From: Octopus vulgaris
Lineage: Eukaryota
Length of the DNA stretch: 64,000 nucleotides
Reading direction: 5' to 3'
NCBI GenBank assembly: GCA_951406725.2
Contig: OX597825.1
Location: 16,616,001-16,680,000, forward strand
Both the position numbers and the translations under genes were made by a program. Shown in pieces: positions 38,993-51,506 of the stretch. The notes under the pieces were generated by a model. That model worked only from the letters and a program-made list of their open reading frames with translations. It was not told the DNA's origin and made no database searches. Each line of letters opens with the position of its first letter. Within the stretch, counting starts at the first letter, position 1.

Positions 38993-39051
<59 letters not shown>

Positions 39052-39211
39052 CATATATATATATATGTATATATATGTATGTATGTATTACGACGTTTAA
39101 ATTCTAGTTACGTCAGGATAGCTTCGTCTCAGTTAAAAAAGACTGTTAAGTGAAGCACAAACTGCCATAATTATTACTTTGAGTTATATAAAATGTCATG
39201 AAAATATAAAT

Positions 39212-39212
<1 letters not shown>

Positions 39213-39260
<48 letters not shown>

Positions 39261-39406
39261 TAATAATAACAATAATAATAATAACAATAATAATAATAAT
39301 AATATTAGTAATAATAATAATAATAACAATAATAATAATAACAATAATAATAATAACAATAATAATAATAATAATATTAGTAATAATAATAATAATAACA
39401 ATATTA

Positions 39407-39455
<49 letters not shown>

Positions 39456-39488
39456 TAGCAATGATAATTATGATAATAATAATGATAA
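39213..39488. repeat. (AAT)n microsatellite with recurring AAC and ATTAGT variant units
   Basis: Directly visible. Confidence 0.95.
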
Positions 39489-40315
39489 CATATATAGATG
39501 TGTATGTATATATATTTAATGATGTTTTATACATTCGCACACATACTCCCGCACGCACAAACGCAGATCCACACACATGGATTCAGATATTATAAATGCA
39601 ACCATTAAAATAAGCAAAAACGAAGTGAGCAAGTGTCTTGAACTTCAAAATGATGAAGTCTCGTAATGCTTCTTTCGAAAAATCTCCTTCGAAACGAAGT
39701 GATAGAATAAATACAAAAAGAAAACGAGAAGTAAAAAGACGCAAAACCAACGAAGATATTCCATGTTATAAAATTGACAATGTGTTAACAGTAACCTTAT
39801 CCTCGTCAATATGGTTAGGTGATTGTGAGAATTGAAACTGACAACACTCGGTAAAAGATATAAAAATGTAAGGGGAAAGAGAAAGTGAAAGTAATATCGT
39901 ACATGTAGAAGTTCATAGAAAACGATTGCTTAAGCTTCATTAGCAGAATTGTTTCCTGTGACACTACGTGCAAGCGAATACCTTTTATTGCTAATCGCTA
40001 CTTGATTCACATATTTCGACCGGGAGATTTCAAGTAGGAACAAAAGAAAGAAAGTAAAAAACAAAAACGAAAAAAAAATACAAAATACAAAAAAACAAAC
40101 GCACAAAACAATCAAATGACTGAACTGAACAAACGCAGGAAAAATCTGCATATACGCATGCGTACATATCATATGCATGTGCAAAACACACAAACGCATA
40201 CACAGGCTGCCATTAATATACACGTGCGAAGGCATATATAACTAAACACACTGACAAACACTCGAAACGGAAATACTCATCACATGCGCCTACTTACTCG
40301 AAACGAAAGCAATAG

Positions 40316-40317
<2 letters not shown>

Positions 40318-40382
<65 letters not shown>

Positions 40383-40383
40383 G

Positions 40384-40426
<43 letters not shown>

Positions 40427-40577
40427 ATGTGTGTGCATATGTATATACACGTATCTTTATGCTGTTTTTTATATTTACGTAAGTTATATGCATATGAAAC
40501 TTATACTAATAAAATAGTAAAGGCATATATATATATATATATACATATATATATCTTTACATACGTATATATATATG

Positions 40578-40609
<32 letters not shown>

Positions 40610-40897
40610 TATATCATTTATATGTATATATATATATATATATAAAACCATGTATATATATCCATCTATATATATATACACATATATGCACACGTATGTG
40701 TGTATATATATATGTACATATATATATATACATACATACATACATATGTGTGTATATATATACATATATAAATAGACATGAATAAACATATACACATGCA
40801 TATATATATATATACATACACATGTATATATATAAACATACACACACACACTCACACACACATACATATATGTATATATACACATATATATATACAC
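40318..40897. repeat. Degenerate (TA)n/(CA)n microsatellite field
   Basis: Directly visible. Confidence 0.93.
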
Positions 40898-41364
40898 AAA
40901 AGCGTTTCAATGTAAGTAATTTGTTTCTGAAGTAGACATCAAATTAACATCTGTCACGTAAAGCCTGTTGCATCGAAATTATCTGACCTACAGCAGATAA
41001 ATAATTAAACGTTATACACAGCGTTCGCAATTCCAATGAGATTTTATTGATGCAATCTTCCTCGGATATTTTTGTTTTTCAGATTCAACACCATTTATAT
41101 CAACCCTTCATCATTCCCCATCTCCTTGTTGCTCTGTCACCTTTACATGCAACTTCTTCAAAATTGAATTCATAAGATATCCGTATTTTATCTGTACCTG
41201 TCTGCCTCTCACTTTATTCATGATTTAATTATTCTCTATCTTTCTTCTCCGTATATATGCATTAGTATATGGCTACCTTTGAGATTCATGCATATGCGAG
41301 GATATACATGCAGTCAAGTACATACAGGTATGCTTTTATGCACGGAGGAAAAGTGAAACAATTA

Positions 41365-41391
41365 TATCTATCTATCTATCTATCTATCTAG

Positions 41392-41438
<47 letters not shown>

Positions 41439-41442
41439 ACTA

Positions 41443-41527
<85 letters not shown>

Positions 41528-41548
41528 TTGTCTATTTAACTATCTATC
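41365..41548. repeat. (TATC)n-(TC)n-(TATC)n microsatellite
   Basis: Directly visible. Confidence 0.96.
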
Positions 41549-41674
41549 TGTGTGTATATACAAATTTTGAATATTTATAATGTACTTAAATATAATGTTA
41601 CATGTTTATGCAAATTTGAGACACATCCATATATATTATTATGCCGACACACACACATTCGCACGCACGCACAC

Positions 41675-41715
<41 letters not shown>

Positions 41716-41896
41716 AACAAACACACACACACACACACAGAAAGTCACAAACATACTAACACATATACCTCTCCCATATACAATGGCCGTATCGAATTTT
41801 TAACGTATTCTATACCTTCGTATATCCCTCTCTGTTTCTCTCTCTCTCCCAGTCTGGATATATATATATACATATATACCTTCATGGATATGTACG

Positions 41897-41937
<41 letters not shown>

Positions 41938-42656
41938 GTACATGTATGTATATTGAGGCATATTCCTGTTTTTGTGCGTGCTTGTGTGCGCGCGGATGTG
42001 TGTGTGGTTGTGTAATTTATGGTTAACAAGATGAAATTTTCCCAACTTTCTTAAGGTTTCATACAACCATAGCAATTAAGTAGCGAACTTTCAGACTACG
42101 ATCTCTGATTAAAACAACGATTTCAGACGGGGCGATTCTCTGATTGGACAGCATAAATCTCTCATTGACGACACGATATCAATCACCACCTATTTACGTG
42201 GTTACTGCCTCAGATCATATAAGTGTAAGCAATATCCAGACGAGAAGACTTAAGCTATTACAAGTTCACATGAACTATGATCTCGCGATATCTCTTACTT
42301 TCACCGCCGCCAAACAATCTCGTGAGAATGCCAAACAATCTCGTGGTGGCTGTACTTACTATCGTAGATGAAGAATTTCAATCATGAATAATACTGTTCT
42401 GTTTGTAGTCTGAATATGTTAGTATACGCTCTCACATGGAGATAATATTATAAATTCTGAGAGCTGGTTCCTGTATGTTTTTGTTTTTGGTTTTTGCCAA
42501 TAACATTGCCTTGAGATGTTTTACGTTTGCAGCTACAAAAGCATATGTTTTTTTAAAAAATCATTCGCTCGTTAGAAGGTCCTTAGACTCCTGAAAATAT
42601 AAGAGCTGCTAGAATAGAATGAATAGAATATATACATATATATATGTATATATATA

Positions 42657-42947
42657 TCACGTGATCACGTGACCGACCAGACCATCAGATGTTGTTACAC
42701 ATCGCTGGTCACAATGCGTTCGCATTGTTTTAGCCTTCGAATGACGCCACCCCGCTGGCTAAGCCAGCAGGCCAACAGAAGAAAGAGTGGGAGAAAGAGT
42801 GGTGAAAGAGTACAGCAGGTATCGCCACCACCCCCTGCCGGAGCCTCGTGGAGTTTTTAGGTGTTTTCGCTCAATAAACACTCACAACGCCCGGTCTGGG
42901 AATCGAAACCGCGATCTTGCGACCGCGAGTCCGCTGCCCTAACCACT
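42657..42947 (-). mobile_element. SINE family C, second copy (first ~16 nt of head missing)
   Basis: Highly similar to 21231-21513; flanked by (TA)n on both sides. Confidence 0.9.
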
Positions 42948-42968
42948 ATATATATATACATACACACA

Positions 42969-43320
42969 CATATATAAACGGCAGTCTGTTCGGATGTCTG
43001 TTTGTTGCTGTCAAGTTGCCGTCTACTTCCGTTAATGAATCTTCGTGAAACTTTGCATACATGTTAAAGTAACATACTGTTTGTTACTAGGTCCATTGCA
43101 GTTTAATAAAAAAATCTATAATTGGACTATTACGGCCCCTAGAATAGGTCCAGATATAACCCGTCTAATTTCCTTTAATGGCCAAGGTGAAATAACCCTT
43201 CACTTTCTTTATTTCTCTCTATTGCCCACTAGTCATTTCTCCCGCCATTTATTAGAGAAGCAATAAATTTAGAGTGACAGGTTGCCAGTGGTTACGTTGT
43301 ACGTGTGCGTTCAACATTTC
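42969..43320 (+). mobile_element. Possible non-autonomous Helitron-like 5' segment
   Basis: atatataaacggcagtctgttcggatgtctgtttg...gaatcttcgtgaaactttgcatacatgtt resembles HINE/DINE-type 5' ends; no 3' hairpin-CTAG end located. Confidence 0.3.
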
Positions 43321-44074
43321 TTGGACTTTCTTACTAGACGTTATCAGACAAATTCAGTGATTTTACTATTAATCTAACCCATATCCTGAGTCACTATATA
43401 AATTTAATGACATTTCATTCATTTAAAACTTTTATCTAAAACAAATTTGAGTAAAATCTCCCTATGGGTTATGGAGACACCAATGCCACAACTTATTTGC
43501 AAATTTTACCATAAACGTCCTGTTTCAGTGGCAACCGGGCAAAATATGTCAAAACATTACATTTTATTTGGTATAAATGAAGGTGAGTATGTTTATTTCT
43601 TAGTATTTGAACTGTTAGGGCTATTTTCGTATTTCGCCCTGTATTTTCCTCAACAATGGATCCACTTATTTCGGTTAGCGACTTATTCACGAACATACCA
43701 TGAATGACGATCCCTTTCATGTCACTTCAGCCAATTGACAGGCGCTGTATGAAGAACTGTTCTGCTATTAGACAAATGATCTGTCATCACAAATGTCACA
43801 CCCTGTTAAACATGAAGGAACACATACTTAATTTATATTTATAGGTGTGCTAATGTTTTGTATCGATGTACTCTATGTAAGAACCAAACACTCAAGCACA
43901 CAGAAATTGCCATTTATCAATCAATAACATTGCAATCTGCAGTCCTTACAAAGTTTCCACGCTGTTTACATGTCGGAACATCGTCTTAATTTATATTGAA
44001 AGCTGTGTTGATATTTTCTTAAGATGTACATTTTACTTTTCTTTAACGGCAAACGGGAAACAATCTACTTAAAT

Positions 44075-44747
44075 GCGGTTGTCGTAAAGAATCCACTTTT
44101 CATCGCAAGTCACAATCCGGTCGAGAAACTGGTCGTTCTTGTTGCGTAAAAGAAGGGAAGACGACACTCCAAAACGGCGTTTTTTTTTGGTCGTCGTTCA
44201 ACTCGTGCGGAACCTATTCTCAAGTATTTGTTTGTTTTTCCAATCTCTTTCAAGTGGTTGGAAATTGTCGTAACCGTTACGTCTAATTCAGAAGCAAGCT
44301 CTCGAACAGTTGTGCGTGGATTGGCTTCGACTAAGGCTCTTAGTTGATCGTTGTCAACATCCGATGGCCGGCCACTACGCTTATCATGTTCAAGACTCTC
44401 GTCACCGCTACGGAATTTCTTGAACCACCATCGTGCTGTACGTTCATTAGTAGTTCTTGGGACAAACGCGTCGTTGGTATCGCGAGCTGTTTCAGCAGCT
44501 TTTCGGCCTAGATTGAACTGGAATAAGAAAATTGTGCGAATTTGCTTTTTGTCCATGTTGTATTCAACGTTCCGGAAAAAATGGCCTAATTATTCAAAAA
44601 GAAAAAGAGTAACACGCTTAGATAGAGCAAAAAAAACGGGCTTTAAAATGATATATACATCCAAAGTAATTTAATGAAAATTAATTTGAAAATACATAAT
44701 TAAAAACCAACATTAAAAATTCCGCAAGAAATTCCTTGACAACCTGA
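44075..44747 (-). pseudogene. 5' half of a cecropia-subfamily (Hsmar1-like) mariner with left TIR
   Basis: ORF 44110-44556 reads MDKKQIRTIFLFQFNLGRKAAETARD...ERTARWWFKKFRSGDESLE..KRSGRPSDVDNDQLRALVEANP.TT.RELASEL; after frameshift VPHELNDDQK.RRF..SSSLLLRNKNDQFLDRIVTCDEKWILYDNR. TIR TA|TCAGGTTGTCAAGGAATTTCTTGCGGAATTTT at 44749-44716. Truncated just after the first catalytic D. Confidence 0.93.
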
Positions 44748-45266
44748 TAGTATTTGAATTCAATGGATTTTGGCTGTCCTCTTCTCATTATATCACGTAA
44801 TATAAAGTCTAAAATCATTAAAAATCAAATACTTGAGTTTGTGTACTTTAAATATTTACTTTCAATGAATTCTAACAATCAACATAGATTAAAAATATAT
44901 TTCTTTTATTGCTTTCAGTCATTGAAATGTGATATTCTTCAAGCACCAACTTCAAGCGTTTTAGTTGATCGTATCGAATTTTAGTCTCTTATTCATTTTA
45001 TCGATTTCGATTTATGGAATCGCTCGGTTACATTTCATCATAAAACGCCGGAACTTTACATACAGCGGTAAATGTGAATTAAAAACCTAAGCACAGGAAC
45101 ACAGGCATATGGCAGGATTCTTTGGTGTTTTCGTCTAGTTTATTCCACTTTCAAAGTATTAACAAACAGAATTTTCCTCATTGAACAGTTGTCTTAGGTG
45201 TGGCCCAGTGGGATCGAGCCTGAATCTCCATATTATGTCTGCACCTAGAGTGGATAATATGAATAC

Positions 45267-45395
45267 AATCCGATTGTGCCGGAATGTCCGTTCTCGTTAT
45301 GGTATATATTGAACAACAAATGTCTGGGAGGGAGGCATCTAGTCATTGATCGGCTGATTCCGTTCTGTGTATCTACTGATTGATAGTTACATAAC
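45267..45395 (+). repeat. Dispersed ~125-bp direct repeat, copy 1
   Basis: Aligns with 47743-47867. Confidence 0.9.
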
Positions 45396-47300
45396 TATTA
45401 AATTAAATAGTGTGAGTAGCTGCCTCTGATATGGATGTGTGTGCGAGTGTGAATTAAAATTTGGATATATTTCCTTTCATAGATCTTTCTCTTGCATGTA
45501 TCAAAAACAGGAGGCAATGTAGCCCAATTTTATATTCCCTCACACATCATAAGTTAATGTAACTAAAGTTATGCTATGCCACTATCGCATGGTTTCACCT
45601 TACTTCGATCCAAAATTGGTTGTCATATCTCGTAATCATTAAAAAAAATGTATATTCTCATATAACCTCATTATATTCTTGTAAAATCTGACAGACATTT
45701 AGAATTAGTACAATTCTAAATGCCAACAAACTTTGTTGGAAACTGCAAATTTGGTGCACTAAAAAAAAACAAGAAATGTCCAAGCCTTTCTCCATTACGA
45801 CCCAATGTTGGCCATGATAACCCTACTGCACTCTCGAAAGACACGATCTCTCACATACATTTTCATCTCTCATATAAAGTAAAATTGAACTTCGAGCCCA
45901 CAAAATAAATCTTTTATACTTCATTATATTCGACGAATTCATTTTGTCTGAAAAGATTACATTAATCAATTTATGTTTCATGTTCCATGAATTTAGATTT
46001 TTTTTTATATTTGCTTCTAAATTCTTAAACTTATTCTATCTTACCTTGTATGATGGAAATTTCAGGCCTTCGTTCAAATCGAATAAACGTTGAATGAATG
46101 TTTGTATTTTTTCATCGACAGAAAGTTTTCTTGTTATTAAACATTCAATAATATTTGCATGAGAAGCTTTCTATTCATCTGTTTATATATGTATAACTTT
46201 TTTAAAACCCATCAATCAATCATTGAAAAATTCTAATATTAGATTTTAAAAGTCAATCCTTAAATCGTATCGCTTTTCAAATGAAAATATAAGGAAAACC
46301 ATGTTAGGAGATGATAAAATCTAATATATCAATCGATACGTTACACGTTGAGACTTTAGCATTTCATATTATATATTTTTAAATGTGATTTTACTTTTCT
46401 ACCAACGCACACGGGAAAAATGAAAATTGCAATAAAATAATTCCCAGCTTCGTGATATAAGCGTCATTCAAAGTAAATGTAACATCTTTCAATTTATAAA
46501 TAACATTTGCAGTGAAATGCATTTAATTGTGACAAGGTCTTAATATAGACGCTACAGAGTAAAACGTTCGACGCATGTCACTTGTTTCCTAGTAAAACGT
46601 GATGTGGGTCTTTATTAAATCGTCTTCTGGTTTTATACACAGTGTGTAATGAAATGCTGGGTTATAGAGTAGTACTTAAATGTTCCTTCATGAAGTGTGT
46701 TTAGGGCAAATCAAACGAAAAGTAGCCAAGCCTTTTGGAAGGTTCAAGGATTTCAGAAATAGCGAAGGAGAATTTAAAAATCCATTCCCTAATCCTGGGT
46801 GACATTAATGGTTGTACACACACAAAACACAAAACACACACAACACAAGTATTGAAATATTTCAAACTGAATCGTTGGGCATCGAAACAATACAACATCG
46901 TTCATCGCTGTTTAAATACGAAACGTTAACGCTACTCTTGTACTTAGCCGGTGAACTGTTAACTTACTTAAATTTAGGCCCTGAAATTGTTGGCTTTAAT
47001 GCTCTGATGTGACCTTGTTTTGTTTGGTTGAAAATTATTCTATTGAACATGTTGGTAGGCATCCCGGGTATAAGTGATTATTTAAAGGTGGTTAACTACG
47101 GGATTTTTTCCCTATTAGACACCAACAAAGTCTTTACTAATATCAAAGACAATAACAAACTCTACTAAAGATTCAAAGAGCGTATGGTTATCAATATAAC
47201 GTGAGAAGGCAGTTAATTGAAATTGTGAAGGTTGCTGGTCGTTTATTTTCTGTTATATGGAATTAGACTCCTGTTTGGTTTCGTAAGTTAATTAAGATAT

Positions 47301-47465
47301 AGGCGCAGGGGTGGCTATGTGGTAAGTTGCTTGCTAACCAACCGCATGGTTCCGGGTTCAGTCCCACTGCGTGCATCTTGGGCAAGTGTCTTCTGCTATA
47401 GCCTCGGGCCGACCAATGCCTTGTGAGTGGATTTGGTAGACGGAAACTGAAAGAAGCCTGTCGTA

Positions 47466-47505
<40 letters not shown>

Positions 47506-47682
47506 CGTGTGTATGTGTATGTGTGTGTGTATTTGTCCCCCTAGCATTGCTTAACAACCGATGCTGGTATGTTTACGTCCCCATCACTTAGCGGTTCGGC
47601 AAAAGATACCGATAGAATAAGTACTGGGCTTACAAAGAATAAGTCCCGGGGTAAAAGAGTAAAAGAGTAAAAGGGTAAGAGT
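47301..47682 (+). mobile_element. SINE family A with an internal 3' deletion but intact tail
   Basis: Colinear with 9544-9980 up to aagtcccggggt, then jumps directly to aaaagagtaaaagag. Confidence 0.93.
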
Positions 47683-47742
47683 TTTTTTATTCTAGTTTCT
47701 TGATATTAATTAGTTTATGAGTCACCAGAGGACTGAAATTCA

Positions 47743-47867
47743 AATCCGATTGTACCGGAATGTCCGTTCCCGTTATGGTATATATTGAACAACAAATGTG
47801 TGTGAGGCATCCCGTCATTGATTGACTGATTCCGTTCTGTGTATCTACTGATTCATAGTTACATAAC
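47743..47867 (+). repeat. Dispersed ~125-bp direct repeat, copy 2
   Basis: Aligns with 45267-45395. Confidence 0.9.
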
Positions 47868-50800
47868 AACTACAACAAGATGAATTTGAAGTCAATATCG
47901 AGTGGCATCTAACTGAAATACCTACGGCATACTCTTTACTATATTCAGACATTTAATGATTAAAGCATAAACGTCTATGGTAAAAGTATAAACGTCAGTG
48001 CTTAAAGCATAAACGTCACTATTTCAATGCCCGGTTAGTAAATATGTCAAACCAAATATATGATCTAGTGCGTGTCACGTCATCACTAATATGATAACCT
48101 TCTAGATACTTAACGGTTATAAGATCTTGTCAAAATTAGACGCTATCCTTCAGCCAATGAGTGTATAAACTAAACACATGCAGTATGTATCATTGGTAAT
48201 ATTACTTATAAATCAAACTGTAATTTCTTGCGAAGCGATGTTGCGCATCCGTAGATAAACTCTTTGTTCTTTGCATACATACCCCAGAACAGCGATTGTA
48301 TTTCTTTCCGAAGTGACTCGAAGAAACGATGCCGAGGAGCTTCAAACACAGCAGAATGTCGATATCCATCGTCCTCGCAAACTATGGGGTCAGTTGTTTC
48401 GACTAGTTCCAGGTATTCAGGGCCTTTTTTAACACTCGGTGTCATATAAGGATTTTCTTCCCAGATGCTATCACGCAGTTAATGAGCGCATAAACAAAAC
48501 GCGATCATTGAGACACCGACGTTGCTCACATCTATCCAGAAACACCGGAAGGTGCATATCGGTAATGTAATTACTAATCCTTGTTAGATCTTAATGGAAC
48601 CAACTCTCAGAATTGACGACAAAAGACTCTCACTTAAAATCGTTCCCTTAAACGCAAGGACTGCAAAGATCTAATCGATGGCAGTTAAATGAAAGCGACA
48701 TAAACACATTAGCAAAGAATATAGATTTATACGGATTACTTTGATGTTCATTCATCAGACACACCTGTGGCAATTTTGTGCTTCAAAGATTCTCTTCGCT
48801 TATTTGGAACTAACTTCTAAGTTTTTATTATTATTATTAGGTTACCAGCAAAGAACGTATGCGCCTTTTCTTTGAAGTTTTGTTTTCGAAGTTTCAAGAA
48901 TCCCGGAAAATTAAAATCAAGAGATTTTTATAGGGATATGTAAATGTCTCATCATTTTTTTTTTACTTACCCATATATCCTAATCTATCTCAATGGTTGT
49001 TATATAATTATATCAAATTTATTATTGGAAATAATATTTACAGAAAATAATTTGTTTTCATGTGCTTTACCTTGTATAATATAAATTGGATGTCATGAGC
49101 ATCTTCTATAATATAACTAGTGATATTGTCTTTGATTACCTGTGTGTTGTTTGAGGAGAATTATATGATTATATTTGTTTTGACCAAAAGATGAGATATA
49201 AGACTAACACAAGACAATTTCTATAAATATATTAAATCGAAGAAGTAGAGCATATGTAATTATTTCTAGAAACATACCCCAAATTTATATATTGTTTTAT
49301 CGTCTTGTGTTTTTTCTTGACTTGTTTCAGTCAACCTGAAAGAGTTTCGTCGAAGAAATCGACACCTGCATTTACGTTTCTGTAAGTCTTTCCATATCAC
49401 CCTTCCTTCCTACATTGACTCTTTCCCTGTTACTACATCACTCTTAATTCTCATCCATATTACTCCTATTACCAACACAACCCCCCACCCACAAAAACAA
49501 AGAAACAACAAAAACAGCAACCTCTCCAACATTTTATAAAGTCAGTAAGAACCAGTGAAAATCACTGTTTGGTGATTGCTAGCAAGCTGAAACTTCGAAA
49601 TTACAGTCAGCATTTTCCTTGCAAAAATGAATAAATCTGTACCTACTATACTTACTGAAAGTTAATTCAACATTAAATTGTTATATATAGCTTGGCATAG
49701 ACACAAACACACATATATACTGTGGAGTACCGGTATGTCAAAGGCATTCACAAACATTAAGCTGCATGTACAGCGAGTCTTGAATTTAATTAATTCAGGA
49801 TACTTCTCTGAAATATTAGACGTGTTTTGTGCTATGGAAACGAAGCAAAACGAAACAAATAGTATATAGTAGAATATATCTAAATGGGTAAAACTGACAC
49901 TTGTAAATTTAATGTTTGGATAACGCATCAATGACACAACACAGCATTTATTTAGCCATTATCATTCAGAGGAAACGCGTCGACAAATTAAACTAACATA
50001 TCTCAAAGTATTAAAGATCAAACTAAATTTTATGTCATTATAATTACATTCAAATTTTACTTCAATGTGGAGTATTTCAGAACATCGCTTTATGTCATAC
50101 CATCGCCATCCCACCCAATTTCCGTTTAATACTATCTTAATGTACATATGGCTGATAAACTATTTGACATAATAGAAATGACAAAATATAAACCAAACAC
50201 CATCACAGGTGATGTGATTGAATAAATTCATTTAACGTCAACATAAATCTTACAAAGTAAATTATCTGGTGTGTAGCTGATGGCTTTTGATCTACAGGCA
50301 TTATTTCACAATTTTATTGAAATATTCTAATAGTCTCGAGGACATTGACTACAATTATATTGACTGCTTTTCCCCTGTCTATAAGTGTTTGTTCAGGAAT
50401 TATATACAAAATAAACGCAGCCTTCGTGATAATATTTACTTCTTTCCATAATAAAATAAGATTTTCAAACACACTGCACACCTAGAGTACACAAAGGCAG
50501 TGTAGACATTTCTTTCCCTCACTTTGATTGAAAACAACCGTAGCAAAACAACATAACTGACATTATTAGCTTGGATATGATAAATAAAGAAACAATACGC
50601 ATGAAGTTAAGCAGGATTCCATTGTTGAATATGACTGATGAAAGCATTACTTTTTGTAACCCCATTCTAACAGTTTATTGTTAATAAGATAGTAATTCTT
50701 GACTTATTGACTTTGTTTCTGACAAGATATTTAGTCAAATATTTGATGGCTTCAAACAGTCATATTAGTAGATACCAATTCTTAACTAATCTACAGAAGG

Positions 50801-50940
50801 GATTTGCATATGATTTGATTTGGTACATATTCATATATATCCTATATATGAGAAAATTCAAACCCATGGGATTATTTTGCGCCATTGCTGGTATATTTCT
50901 ACAATATGTATTGAAGTATTGAGACATGAAAAGTTAAGTA

Positions 50941-51506
50941 TTGGGTTGTCCGGAAAGTTCATGCCGATTTATAGTAGCTTATCTTTCGACTGATTTTAGA
51001 ACGAGGTTGAGTCCATAAAACAGGATCTGACTACACCTCCATTTAGAGCACAGTTTAAGCTATCATTTCGTGGAAGAAGGTTTATGTTCCTATAACCTGT
51101 ATTAATTCTGTAACCCTTTAAAATGGAAGATAAGAAAGTTCATTTTCGGCACTTGATGCTTTGGGAACCAGACAAATATTGCTGCAGCTCGGCTGGGATG
51201 TGTTACCCCACCTTGCATATTCACCAGATATTGCTTCTTCGGATTTCCACTTATTCAGTTCTCTGCAAAATAGTCTTAATGGTGAAAATTTCAATTCCTT
51301 GGATGACGTAAAAAGATACCTTGATGAATTCTTTGCCACGAAACCACCTCAATTCTGGGAAGGGGGTATTTTCAAGTTAAAGGAAAGATAGAAACGCATT
51401 GTGCTACAAAATGGTTCATATTTGGTTGATTAAAAATGTAATGGCAAGTATTTATTGACATTTTTCTTTCCTTTAAAAATCGGCCCAAACTTTCCGGACA
51501 ACTCAA
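50941..51506 (+). mobile_element. Internally deleted mariner (566 bp) with both TIRs and TA TSDs
   Basis: TIRs TTGGGTTGTCCGGAAAGTTCATGCCGATTT / AAATCGGCCCAAACTTTCCGGACAACTCAA (26/30 match); TA at 50939-50940 and 51507-51508. N-terminus MEDKKVHFRHLMLWE is fused out of frame to the C-terminus GTRQILLQLGWDVLPHLAYSPDIASSDFHLF..LQNSL. Confidence 0.95.

Noticed and set aside
45275-47863. Intact TRIM/LTR retrotransposon bounded by two short LTRs
   Set aside because: No TSD, PBS or PPT, and homology extends beyond the TG...CA ends on both sides.
47962-48020. Three ~21-bp tandem units (AAAG(C/T)ATAAACGTC); also a 20-bp tandem duplication near 57988-58027
   Set aside because: Ordinary slippage-type local duplications with no further structure.
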